Source of the DNA: Octopus vulgaris
Lineage: Eukaryota
Length of the DNA stretch: 64,000 nucleotides
NCBI GenBank assembly: GCA_951406725.2
Contig: OX597839.1
Span: forward strand, 25,792,001-25,856,000
Direction of reading: 5' to 3'
Of the stretch, positions 27,310 to 40,606 are shown piece after piece. A model generated the notes under the pieces. The model saw only the letters and a list, made by a program, of their open reading frames with translations, did not search any database and had not been told where the DNA came from. Within the stretch, counting starts at the first letter, position 1; each line of letters starts with the position of its first letter. The position numbers and the translations under genes were made by a program.

Positions 27310-30300
27310 ACACATGCACACTGTGCTGATGTCACCTGGTTTTGACCATGTACTACACCATCATACAGGTGGTGTGGCTCATTAGCAATCATCATTGTTT
27401 TGCATCCCCTTTCCAGGCTGGCATGGGTTGGACGGTTTGACATAGGCTCCATCTGTCTGTTGGTGGCCTGGTTTCCACGGCTGGATGCCCTTCCTAACAC
27501 CAACCACTTTACAGAGTGTGCTGGGTGCTTTGTACATGCCACTGGCATCGGAGTGTCAACGCAGCACCAGCACAGGTGCTTTTTAAGTGGCACCAGCGTC
27601 TGAAAGGACAAGCTTGGATGTGTGGAAGACAGAGATCTTATTCAGCTTGACATGCCTCATCAAGTACACCAAATCACCACATCTTCCATGTAAACCTATC
27701 TGGCCATTGTACTGCTTGTGTTTAACCCTTTCATTACCAACCCGGCTGAAGCCGCCTCTGGCTCTGTAGTACAACTGTCTGGTTTTCATAAGTTCTGAAT
27801 TAAAATCTTCCACCAAACCTTAGTCACAATTTATGTTCCTAGCACTAGCTTAATGATAACGAAGTTATTTTATTAAATTCTTTGTTATATTTAAAATAAT
27901 TGAAAGAAACACAGAGCATCTCAACAGAAATATGGTAACAAAAGGGCTAAAGACAGTCAGTCAACTTCAATTTGCACAAGATTTGGCTGCTATTTCTAAC
28001 AAGTCAAACAACTATGTGAAACAAAATCTGCAAATTAACCCTTTCCATACAAACCCAGCTGAAACCACCTCTGGCTCTGTAGTACAAATGTCTTGGTTTC
28101 ATGAGTTTTGAAATTAAAATCTTCCACCAAACCTTAGTCATAATTTATTTTCCTAACACTAGCTTAATGATAACAAAGTCATTTTACCTAATTCTTTGTT
28201 ATATTTAAAATTAATTGAAAGAAACACAGAGCAACTCAACAGAAACATGGTAATGAAAGGGTTAAAGAACTAGAGGCAATATCATATTACTTGGAAAAGG
28301 GAAAGTTACTAACAAGAAGAATAGTGTGCCACAGAAAATATAACAAATATGTAAATGATATTTAAATTTATTCTAAACACATCTGGGTGGTTTATTTTCT
28401 GCATCTGTTGAAGGGGGAAAGTGGTTTTATGACCCCAACTTCTCATTTTAACCCTTTAGTGTTCAGATTACTCTGGTAAATGTAATACTTTTTCACTCAA
28501 ATTGTTTTGAATTAATCATGCAATATCTTCTAGCTTTGAGGTTTCAATGACGTGATTGTTTATTTTTAGAATGTCAATGTAGGTTAGGTGTGAGAGGCTG
28601 GATATGGCCAGTTTGAATATAAAACATGTAGAATATCTGGGCCAGATATGGCCGGTTTAAACTTCTCTAAAGTAAAAAAATGTTCCCGCAAAATTCTAAA
28701 CATCAGATTAATAATTACTTGTGCTGGTACCATGTAAAGAGCACCTGTTCTAGCGCCACATAGACGAGCAACCATGCCAGCACCACATGAAAGAATACTG
28801 GTGTTGGTGCCACATAAACAACACCCAGTACACTCGGTAGAGTGGTTGGCGTTAGGAAAGACATCTCGTAGTAGAAATCATACCAAAATAGACAAGTGAA
28901 ACCTGGTGCGGCCCTAAGGGTTGCCAGCTCCTGTCAAACCATCCAACCCATCCCAGCACGGAAAATGGATGTTAAATGACGATGGTGATGGTGATGGTTT
29001 CCTCATGCCCTTTGCTCTCTATGAAGCAAAAGCCATCAATGACTTTTCTCCTCTGTTCTTGATTCTGGACTATCTTTTCCTCTTCCAGGTTTTGTTGGTT
29101 TCTAATGGTCATCGATGCCTCTAGTTAAGGGTCTTGGCTCTACGCAAACCCACTTTGCATCTCGGGGAAGAAGTGGTTCATATAAATCTGGCCTCTATCC
29201 TTTGACTTGGCCAGCATGGGAGGCCCTACATGGAGCTCATGCTCCGCTAGCATAGCACTTAGGGTCACTGAGGCACACAAACCATGATGCTACTACACGA
29301 CAAGGACTTGACCCTGTGATGGACCAGCATAATAACAAGGAAGTTGTTTTACTAAATTTGCCATTATTTTCAGGATCATCTGAAAGTAATGCAGTATATT
29401 TCAACAGAAATATGGTAAAAATAGGATTCATAAAAATTTTATTAACTTGTATCAAAGTTCCAAAACTATCAACATAGACATTAATGGAAAAATTTTTTAA
29501 ATAAAATTCATGAATATTATTATCATTGTAATTTCATAAAAATTATAGAAAGCAAAGTTTGCCTGCAGCCAGTAAATGAATACAAGAAATAATAATAATA
29601 AATCTTAAGTTACAAGGATTGGAGGAATTTAGTAAGAATCATTACTGTTATAGGGTAATATTGTTAATAATGTCTGGGTGGTGCCAAGATTTTGAGACAT
29701 TCAGCAAGGTGCCAACATAACATCAAGCTAATTATATATAAGCTTAAGGTATAAGGGAGGGTGGCAGGTAAGGATAACAAATGCAAGAATTTGGTTAAAG
29801 GGATTAATTAGCAGCTAGTAATTTGGTTTATGTAAGAGACAGTTAAAGAAAAATCTTCCAGCCTTCCATTAATTCATGGGAATCGGGATTCCAAAGACAA
29901 ATTTTTCTGTTAATACTTTCTTAGGAATATCACTTGGTTCTGTTCACTACAAAATTTACTCTAACCACTTGATGATAAAAGAACTACCCCCCAAGACACA
30001 TGACCCTTTAGCACTCAAGCTGGCCAGATCTGGCCTCTCACACCTACCCTACAATCATCATCATCATCGTTTAGCATCCGCTTTCCATGCTAGCATGGGT
30101 TGGACGGTTCAACTGGGGTCTGGGAAGCCAAAGGCTGCACCAGGCCCAGTCTGATCTGGCAATGTTTCTATGGCTGGATGCCCTTCCTAACGCAAACCAC
30201 TCCGTGAGTGCAGTGGGTGCTTTTTAGGTGCCAGACGAGGCTGGCAAACGGCCACGATCGGATGGTGCTTTTTATGTGCCACCGGCACGAGGCCAGTCCA

Positions 30301-30952
30301 CTCTTAATGGGGAGGGGAAAATATTTGGCTTGCAACTGTAAGGTTGTGAGTTTGATTCCTGGTGGCAGGATACTTTACCTCTTGCTGATCCAGTCCACTC
30401 AACTGACAAAAATCAGTTTGTTCCTGCAATTCAAAGGGCCAGCCACGTCATATTCTGTGTCAAACTGATTCTTCCAGAGAACAGTGTTAAGGGTAGACAT
30501 GTCTGTGGAGTACTCAGCCACTTGCATGTCACTTTCATGAGCAGGCTGTTCCGTTGATTGGATCAATTGGAACACTGGTCGTCATAACCGACAGAGTGTC
30601 AGGCACATTGTCGAAATCTCAAAGCTACAAGACAATGCATAATTAATTTGAAACAATCATCATCATTTAACGTCCGTTGCCCATGCTGGCATGGGTTAGA
30701 CTGTTTGACCGGGCTAGCATGTTGCACCAGATCCCAGTCTGATCTGGCAGGGTTTTCTACAGCTGGATGCCCTTCCTAATGCCAACCACTCCAAGAATGT
30801 AATGGGTGCTTTTACATGCCATTTCCATGATACCAGTGTGTGTTTATGTTCCAGTTTGCAGGACACAGGTATCTGCCACACCTGCGATTTTGCTTGGCTT
30901 GATGGGTCTTCTTCTCAAGCATGACATAATGCCAAAGGTCTTGGTCATTGCC

Positions 30953-31375
30953 ACCGTGAGACCCAACACTTGAAAGGAACGCAGCTGCTTTGCCTCTGTG
31001 AGGCCCAACACTTGAAAGGAACGCAGCTGCTTTGCCTCCGTGAGGCCCAACACTTGAAAGGAACGCAGCTGCTTTGCCTCCGTGAGGCCCAACACTTGAA
31101 AGGAACGCAGCTGCTTTGCCTCCGTGAGGCCCAACACTTGAAAGGAACGCAGCTGCTTTGCCTCCGTGAGGCCCAACACTTGAAAGGAACGCAGCTGCTT
31201 TGCCTCCGTGAGGCCCAACACTTGAAAGGAACGCAGCTGCTTTGCCTCCGTGAGGCCCAACACTCAAAAGGAACGCAACCGCTTTGCCTCCGTGAGGCCA
31301 ACAGTTGAAAGGAATGCAGCCGCTTTGCCTCCGTGGGGCCCCACACTCGAAAGGAACTCAGCCACTTTGTCTCTG
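30953..31375. repeat. 42-bp minisatellite, about 10 copies
   Basis: Unit gcagctgctttgcctccgtgaggcccaacacttgaaaggaac; gives 14-aa periodic spurious ORFs. Confidence 0.95.
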
Positions 31376-31462
31376 TGAATAAATAAGCATTACCTTCGAC
31401 AGAGTAACCTGAATGCTAAAGGGATAAAGAAATGAATTTTCCAAGAACACAAGAGCACAAAC

Positions 31463-31660
31463 CTCTTTCAGGAGGTCGGTCTGTAGCTGATGAGTAAGCA
31501 ACAACTTCCGTCTTCGAAACATTCGCACTTCACCATCTCTGGAATTCTTGTGCTTCCTGTCCAACTTATCCTCTTCTTCCTTCTGTTTCTGCTGCAAAGA
31601 CTCTTTTTGGGAACGAATACTTTCTTCACGAACTTTCTTCGGAGTACTGTTATCAATATC
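31463..31660 (-). CDS. TAOK: TAO kinase coding exon (DIDNSTPKKVREE...FRRRKLLLTHQLQTDLLKE)
   Basis: 198 nt with tttcag|...|gtttgt; STPKK and FxRRxLL motifs of TAOK; phase 0 at both ends. Confidence 0.92.
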
Positions 31661-31854
31661 CTGAAATGTGATAAAGGCATCGACTTTAAGACAAACAGTT
31701 TTAAAGGAGTTTCTTTCATTTTATGTATTTTTCTTATAAATTCTAGAGAGAAAAAAAAATTTTGTAATAAATTCCTGAAAGAGTTATGAAGAATGGAGAG
31801 AATGGAAGAATAATACAAATGGAAGAGAATTTGAATAACAAACTATCAACAGGA

Positions 31855-31895
<41 letters not shown>

Positions 31896-32187
31896 AGCAG
31901 TGAGTGAATGAGAGTGTGTGCAAGTATGTGTGTGTATGTGAATGAGTGCATGCATGTATGCAAGTGAGTGAATGTGTGTGTATGCATATGAATGTGTGTG
32001 TGCAAGTGAATGTGTGTGTATGTGAATGAGTGTGTGTGCATGCGAATGAGTGCAAGCATGTGTGCAAGTGAGTGAATGTGAGTGTGTGCATGTGTGTGTG
32101 CAAGTAAGTGAATGTGTGTGCATGTGAATGAGTGTTTGCCAATGTGTGTGTGTGTGTGTGTGTGTGTCCAAGTGAGTGAATGAGAGC

Positions 32188-32224
<37 letters not shown>

Positions 32225-32696
32225 TGAGTGAGTGCACACATGTTAGAATGAGTACACATGTGTTTGTGCATACATTTGTGTGTGTGTGTGTGTTTGTGGC
32301 AGAGGTGAAGGATAAGAATAATGCTTTCAAGTTTTGGCACAAGGCCAGCAAGTCTGGAGGAGTTGGGGTAGTTGATTACTTCAACCCCAGTAGAGCTCAA
32401 CCCTGAAGGGGTGAAAGGCAAAGTCGACCTCAGTGGAATTTGAACTCAGAACATAAAGACGAACAAAATACTACGAAGCATTTTGTCCAGTTTACTAATG
32501 ATTCTGCCACCTTATAATAATAATAAAAATAAACCTTTCTACTAAAGGCACAAGGTCTGAAATTTCGGGTGAAGGGACGAGCTGATTACATCGACCCCAG
32601 TGTTTTACTGGTACTTAATTTATCGACTCCAGGACAAAATACTGCTAAGCATGCAAACGATTCTGCCAGCTAACTGCCTTAATAATAATAATGATG

Positions 32697-32751
<55 letters not shown>

Positions 32752-33479
32752 TAGGCATGCACTGCTCTCTCGTGCAATAATGATAATAATAATACTCTCT
32801 TTTACTCTTTTACTTGTTTCAGTCATTTGACTGCGGCCATGCTGGAGCACCACCTTTAGTTGAGCAAATCGACCCCGGGACTTATTCTTTGTAAGCCCAG
32901 TACTTATTCTATCGGTCTCCTTTTGCCGAACCACTAAGTGACGGGGACGTAAACACACCAGCATCGGTTGTCAAGCAATGCTAGGGGACAAACACACACA
33001 CACATATATATATATACATATATACGACAGGCTTCTTTCAGTTTCCGTCTACCAAATCCACTCACAAGGCATTGGTCGGCCCGGGGCTATTGTAAAAGAC
33101 ACTTGCCCAAGATGCCACGCAGTGGGACTGAACCCGGAACCATGTGGTTGGTTAGCAAGCTACTTACCACACAGCCACGCCTGCGCCTGCCACATAATAA
33201 TAATAATAATAATAATCCTTTCTACTGGAAGCACATGGCCTCAAATTTGGGGGAAGGGGTTAAGTCAATCACATTGACCCCAGTGCATAACTGGTACTAA
33301 TTTTATCGATCCCGAAAGGATGAAAGGCAAAGTCGGGCTCAGAGAAATTTGAACTCAGAATGTAGAGACCAGCAAAATACCACTAAGCATTTCGTCCAGT
33401 GTGCTAACGACTCTGCAAGCTTGCCACCTTATATAATGAGGATGATGATGATGTTGATGATGATGATGATGATGATGAC

Positions 33480-33608
33480 CTTTTTCATTTGTTCTTTGTT
33501 CTGCTTATATTCTCTTCTCTGCTGGGCGGTGAAATTCTTCATCTCCTCCTCCTGGGACTGCTGGATCTGCTTAAATAATTTCTTCTCTTGGTTCGTATTG
33601 TTTCGTTG
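33480..33608 (-). CDS. TAOK: TAO kinase coding exon (QRNNTNQEKKLFKQIQQSQEEEMKNFTAQQRREYKQNKEQMKK)
   Basis: 129 nt with ttttgtag|...|gtcatc; aligns to TAOK EEKKFQQHI...QKREYKLRKEQLK. Not in the ORF track; read manually. Confidence 0.9.
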
Positions 33609-34149
33609 CTACAAAATAACAGTTGAAACTTAGAAAACAGAAAAATAGAAAAAAAGAAAATTTACCAAACGATGCAGAACCCACTTGCAATTAAGATAAA
33701 ACATCCAATTAGAAACCTTGCTAATAACTGCAGTAATTAATTTGAAAATAGTTTTAAATGTCTGTGTTTCTACCATTCTGTAACCTTTCTGGACAAAAAT
33801 CTTTACAAAGATGTAAAGGACACAAATTTGAGGGGAGGGGCCAGGTCAATTAAATTGGCTTGAGTACATGACTGGAATTTTATCAATCCCAGAAGGAGTG
33901 AAGTTGACCTCGGCAGGATTTGAACCCAGAAAGCAAACAGCAGGAGAAAATACAGCTTGGTATTTTGTCCAACACTCTAATGATTGCGCCAATCCACCCC
34001 TCGTTTCATGGATGGGATAAAATGAGGGCTTAGGAAGAGGGTCCAGTGTTGGTAACAGGGGACTAGAACAAGATGAAGTCCTCCCGACTTGGATCTTGTC
34101 ATACCATCCAACATACCAGCATAGAATGTAAGCATGAAATGATGACTAT

Positions 34150-34778
34150 GGACACATGGACACATTGAAACTCCGACGTCTGGCAACTGACTCGGCAGAC
34201 ACCCATAAAATTATCAACCATCGTACAAACAATAACTCTGAGCACCTTTTCAGACTCCACCCGTCTAACACCTGTGGACATGTTTACAAAGTCAGAAAAC
34301 AGCACAGCTCCCATGACTTTCGGAAACATTTTTTCACGCTGAGAGTTGCTGAAGCATGGAACAAACTGCCAGCATCAGTTGTTAGTTGTCGGAGCACTGC
34401 ATCCTTCAAAACTTCCATGCTTCCTGAGTCCGTCTGTCTAACACCCGTGGACATATTTACAAAGTCAGAAAACAGCACAGCTCCCATGACTTAAGGAAAC
34501 ATTTTTTCACGCTGAGAGTTGCTGAAGCATGGAACAAACTGCCAGCATCAGTTGTTAGTTGTCGGAGCACTGCATCCTTCAAAACTTCCATGCTTCCTGA
34601 GATTCGCCAACACTACACCCGATTTTCTCCCCTCCATACACACACAGGCATGTACCTGACTCATGCATTGTTCGCTTTCCAGACATTTGTACACTACTGC
34701 ATGTACTTTATATGCACTTTCTGACAAGTTGTGGTGCACCTGAGCACTGTATACAATAATTTCATTATTATTATTATT
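34150..34778 (+). mobile_element. CR1/L2-type LINE 3' end with internal ~170-bp tandem duplication
   Basis: TLKLRRL...GHVYKVRK...RKHFFTLRVAEAWNKLPASVV is a typical CR1-group ORF2 C-terminus; ends in an (ATT)n tail. Confidence 0.8.
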
Positions 34779-34801
34779 ACCCTATGATGATCCTGATCTT
34801 G

Positions 34802-34833
<32 letters not shown>

Positions 34834-36371
34834 TTTCTGTCTCTCCCTCAAACATGCTCACTCACACACTCATTCTCAATTATCCACCCACACAATTTCA
34901 CAATAAACACATCAATAGATAATAATAAAAAAGATAAAAATAATAATAATAATAATAATAATAATACTAACTTCAGAGGAAAACTTATTCATTAATTCAA
35001 CTTTAACCCTTTATTGTTTAAACTGGCCTTATCCGGCCCAATATATTCCACATGTTTTATATTCAAACCGGCGATATCTGGCCTCTCACACCTAACCTAC
35101 ATTGACATTCTAAAAATAAACAATCACATCACTGAAACCTCAAAAGCTATAAGATAATGCAGGATTAATTCAAAACAATTTGAGTGAAAAATTATTACAT
35201 TTAACAGAGTAATCTGAACACTAAAGGGTTAAAAAGCCATAATTTTAAACTGGGGCATTTGTTTTCCCCAATATATATATTTTTTTCATCAGCCACCCTG
35301 GTAATACGCAGCGACAGACAATGCACACAACATGCTAACGAGGTACAAACTGTAATATTTAAATGATGTAATTAACTCTGGCCACTCAAAAGTCCTGTGG
35401 TTGCTTATCTGTAATTACAGACACTTACATATCTTTGTCCCACAGCTTGCTGTTGAGGGCACAAAGGCCTTGCTGTTCTGTACGGTTTATTTCTCAGATC
35501 ATGTACAGGGCTTATTGAAGCCAAAATAAGAATCTTTTCTTCCCAATTTTACCACATTACAATAATCCCTCGCCATATCGCGCTTCACCTATCGCGGTTT
35601 ATTATTTAAGCCGACGTCGATACCTCCATGGTGTTGTTTTGAATTTATAATAAAATAAATATACACAAATTATAAAAATGAATTACAAAAAAATATACAG
35701 TATATAGGCACAGGAGTGGCTGTGTGGTAAGTAGCTTGCTTACCAACCACATGGTTCCGGGTTCAGTCCCACTGCGTGGCATCTTGGGCAAGTGTCTTCT
35801 GCTATAGCCTCGGGCCGATCAAAGCCTTGTGAGTGGATTTGGTAGACAGAAACTGAAAGAAGCCCGTCGTATATATATATATATATATATATATGCGTAT
35901 CTGTGTCTGTCCCCCCCAACATCGCTTGACAACCGATGCTGGTGTGTTTACGTCCCCGAAACTTAGCAGTTCGGCAAAAGAGACCGATAGAATAAGTACT
36001 AGGATTACAAAGGATAAGTCCTGGGTTCGATTCGTTCGACTAAAGGCGGTGCTCCAGCATGGCCACAGTCAAATGACTGAAACGAGTAAGAGTATACAAA
36101 TGCACAACACACCAGCACGCAGACACCATCGTGCACACATGCGTCTTCCAATGTGATGCATATAATGCGATGCACCAGCATCAATTTAGTCTTTCAGTGA
36201 GAAACAGAGGAAGATAAAGAAAATAAAGTTGAACAGCAAGAGTTGAAGATGGAATCAAGGAGGGACCACAATAAATATTGGATTCTTTGGGAGCAGAAAT
36301 ATGAAGTGGGGAGTGGTGGTGGTAAAATACCAGTGGAAAGCAGTCTCAAATAACTTCTGTCTAAACCCATT

Positions 36372-37342
36372 GTAGAAAGCACCTAGGCTGGTGCCAGACA
36401 CCCATGTCGGTGCCATGTATAAAGCACCCAGGCAGGTGCCAGACACCCGTGTCGGTGCCATGTAGAAAGCACCTAGGCTGGTGCCAGACACCAGTGTCGG
36501 TGCCATTTAGAAAGCACCTAGGCTGGTGCCAGACACCAGTGTCGGTGCCATTTAGAAAGCACCTAGGCTGGTGCCAGACACCCGTGTCGGTGCCATGTAG
36601 AAAGCACCTAGGCTGGTGCCAGACACCCGTGTCGGTGCCATGTAGAAAGCACCTAGGCTGGTGCAAGACACCCGTGTCGGTGCCAAGTACAAAGCACCTG
36701 GGCTGGTGCCAGACACCCGTGTCGGTGCCATGTAGAAAGCACCTAGGCTGGTGCCAGACACCCGTGTCGGTGCCATGTAGAAAGCACCTAGGCTGGTGCC
36801 AGACACCCGTGTCGGTGCCATGTATAAAGCACCTAGGCTGGTGCCAGACACCCGTGTCGGTGCCATGTAGAAAGCACCTAGGCTGGTGCCAGACACCCGT
36901 GTCGGTGCCATGTAGAAAGCACCTAGGCTGGTGCCAGACACCCGTGTCGGTGCCATGTATAAAGCACCTAGGCTGGTGCCAGATACCCATGTCGGTGCCA
37001 TGTAGACAGCACCTAGGCTGGTGCCAGACACCCATGTCGGTGCCATGTATAAAGCACCTAGGCTGGTGCCAGACACCCATGTAGGTGCCATGTAGAAAGC
37101 ACCTAGGCTGGTGCCAGACACCCATGTAGGTGCCATGTAGAAAGCACCTAGGCTGGTGCCAGACACCCGTGTCGGTGCCATGTATAAAGCACCTAGGCTG
37201 GTGCCAGATACCCATGTCGGTGCCATGTATAAAGCACCTAGGCTGGTGCCAGACACCCATGTAGGTGCCATGTAGAAAGCACCTAGGCTGGTGCCAGACA
37301 CCCATGTCGGTGCCATGTATAAAGCACCTAGGCTGGTGCCAG
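36372..37342. repeat. 45-bp minisatellite, about 21 copies
   Basis: Unit gtcggtgccatgtagaaagcacctaggctggtgccagacacccgt; gives 15-aa periodic spurious ORFs. Confidence 0.95.
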
Positions 37343-38610
37343 AAAAAAGAACTCAGGTTTATATTACAATGAATTGCTTGTATTTCTACAACACAAAATA
37401 TTTTTTGTTTTTCATACAATTCCACAGCTGGGACACCACTTTGAAGTTTAGTCAAACAAATCAGCACCAGCACGTTTTTTTTTAAAAAAAAAAGCTTGGT
37501 ACTTATTCAATCAGTCTCTTCTGCTGAACCACTAAGTGACGGGGACTTAAACACACCAACAGCAGTTGTCAAACGGTGGTGAGGGGGACAAACGTACACA
37601 CACACACGATGGGTTTCTTACAGTTTCCGTAAACCAAATCCACTCACAAGGCTTTGGTTGGCCAGAGGCAATAGTAGAAGTCACTTGCCCAGGTCACCAT
37701 GCAGTGGGCCTGAACCCGGAACCATGTGGTTGGGAAGCAAGCTTCTTACCACACAGTCAAACTTAATCACAAGGAATGGACAATTGTCCACAGCCTAGGT
37801 GCTTTCTACATGGCACCGACAGACGTTCTTAACTAGGGTCTTTATGGCCCCTAAAGGTTCATACATAACCTTGGGGGGGGGGGGGAGAAGAGGTCCACAC
37901 AAGCAAAATAGTAAACTGGGGGCCCACAGTAGTTGTTTAAAGGTTCATGAAAAATATTTTACTTTATCTGTATTCATTGCAAGGAACAGCTGAGTTTGCT
38001 CTTTACTCTTTTACTTGTTTCAGTCATTTGACTGCGGCCATGCTGGAGCACCACCTTTAGTCGAGCAAATTGACCCCGGGACTTATTCTTTGTAAAGCCC
38101 AGTACTTATTCCATCGGTCTCTTTTGCTGAACCGCTAAGTGACGGGGACGTAAACACACCAGCATCGGTTGTCAAGCAATGTTGGGGGGACAAACACAGA
38201 CACACAAACATATACACACACACATATATATATACATATATACGACGGGCTTCTTTTCAGTTTCCGTCTACCAAATCCACTCACAAGGCTTTAGATGGCC
38301 CAAGACTATTTTAGAAGATACTTGCCCATGGTGCTATGCAGTGGGATTGAACCCGGAACCATGTGGTTAGTTAGCAAGCTACTTACCACACAGCCACTCC
38401 TGCACAGTTCAACCTACACGAGTTAATGAGTGAAGAACAAATATGAATTTTGAAAGAAGTTTCTAGAAATCTAGTTTTTAAACATTGAATGGCTAGATGG
38501 GTCACCAGAATAAAATAGAAATCAAAGGGGTCCATAGACAAAAAAAAATGGTTGAGAGCCCCTAATACAGAGTTGCAATCAGAATTAAATAGAAAATGCT
38601 GTTAACTTAC

Positions 38611-38745
38611 CCGTTTCTCTAACTCCTGAGCATGTTTTATACTAAGCCTCTCTAATTCTTTACCAAAATTAACTTTAAGAAGGTCGTATTCTTTATCCAG
38701 CTTCAACTTGTGCTCTTCCATTTCGGCCGCAAATTTACTTTCCAT
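38611..38745 (-). CDS. TAOK: TAO kinase coding exon (MESKFAAEMEEHKLKLDKEYDLLKVNFGKELERLSIKHAQELEKR)
   Basis: 135 nt with long pyrimidine tract, ccag|...|gtaagt; aligns to TAOK LENKLKAEMDEHRLRLDK. Read manually. Confidence 0.92.
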
Positions 38746-39019
38746 CTGGAGGAGGGGAGGGAAAAGAAAAAAATGAAAAGAAAAAAAAAAATCAAGTTAA
38801 GTTAAATTATATAATTTGACAAATTATTGCAGTGCTGCAGCATGGCCACAGTCCAAAGACTGAAACAAATAAAAGATGGAAGATAAAATTCAATTCGGTA
38901 GGTGTATAAAAATGTTATTTATCCGACTGTGACTTTTTTTTTCATTGACTCTGAAAGGACGAAAGGCAAAACTGACCTCGGCAAAATTTGAAAGCAGAAC
39001 GTAAAGAATGAAGTGACAC

Positions 39020-39052
<33 letters not shown>

Positions 39053-39117
39053 TAATAATAACAATAATAATAATGATAATGATAATAATAATAACGATAA
39101 TAATGATAATAACAATG

Positions 39118-39154
<37 letters not shown>

Positions 39155-39612
39155 TAATAATAATAATGATAATAATAATAATGATAATAATAATGATAAT
39201 AATAATAATGATAATAATAATGATAAAAATAATAATAATGATAATAATGATAATAATAATGATAATAATAATGATAATAATAATGATAATAATAATAATA
39301 ATAATAATGATAATAATAATAATGATAATAATAATGATAATAATAATAATGATAATAATAATGATAATAATAATAATGATAATAATAATGATAATAATAA
39401 TGATAATAATAATAATGATAATAATAATGATAATAATAATAATGATAATAATAATGATAATAATAATGATAATAATAATAATGATAATAATAATGATAAT
39501 AATAATGATAATAATAATGATAATAATAATAATAATAATAACAATAATAATAATAATAAAAATAATAATAATGATGATGATAATAATAATGATAATAATA
39601 ATAATAATAATA

Positions 39613-39649
<37 letters not shown>

Positions 39650-39718
39650 TAATAATGATAATAATAATAATGATAACAATGATAATAATAATAATAATAA
39701 TAATAGTAACAATGACAA
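39020..39718. repeat. About 700-bp (ATA/ATG)n trinucleotide microsatellite
   Basis: Directly visible. Confidence 0.97.
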
Positions 39719-40332
39719 TGGGTTCAAATTATGGCACGAGACCAGGAATTTTGAGGGAAGGGGTAAGTCAATCACATTGTCCCCAGTCTTCAACAGGTGT
39801 ATATTTTATCAACCCCCAGGAGAATGAGGGACAAAGTCAAGCTCAGCAGAACTTAAACTTGGAATATAGAAACAGATGAAATGCCGCAAAGCATTTCGTC
39901 CAGTATGCTAACGATTCTGATAGATTGTCTGTCACCTGAACAATAATAATGATAATAATAATTATTATTATTATTATTATTATTTCTACTGTCGGCACAA
40001 GCCCTTGAAAATTTGGGGGGAAATGGGGTTAGTCAATTATATCGACCCCAGTGTGTATCTGGCACTTATTTCGACCCCGAAAGGATGAAAAGCAAAGTCG
40101 ACCTCGGCAGAATTTGAATTCAGAATGTAGCAGTAGATGAAATATCGTTAAGCATTCCCCCCCACCCCGGGCATGCTAACGATTCTGCCAGCTTGCCAAC
40201 TTAATAATAATAATAATAATAACAATAGTAATAATAATAATAATAATAACAACAATAATAATAATAATAGTTGAGGTCTCTGGGTGAGACTTGGAGCCAG
40301 CTTGTGCAAATGTAAAGCAAAAGTCAAACATG

Positions 40333-40385
<53 letters not shown>

Positions 40386-40561
40386 TGCTGTTTATCTTGA
40401 TATGAGATCACCATGTCGCGCACATATGGTTGTGATGCATGTGCCTAGTGTACCCTTATCAGACGGGTAGTCATGATGGGTATATTGGGCTTCGTATATT
40501 TGTACCCCAGTATCATTTTGATGGCATGAACTGCTCTCTCACTCAATAATAATAATAATGC

Positions 40562-40606
<45 letters not shown>

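Noticed and set aside
30812-31346. 14-aa repeat ORFs in several frames
   Set aside because: Artefact of the 42-bp tandem repeat.
36361-37473. 370-aa and overlapping periodic ORFs; CRISPR-like look
   Set aside because: Head-to-tail 45-bp minisatellite with no unique spacers and no cas genes, in a eukaryotic intron; open frames follow from the unit length.
38942-39879. Poly-Leu and poly-Ile ORFs of about 285 aa
   Set aside because: Translation of the (ATA/ATG)n microsatellite.
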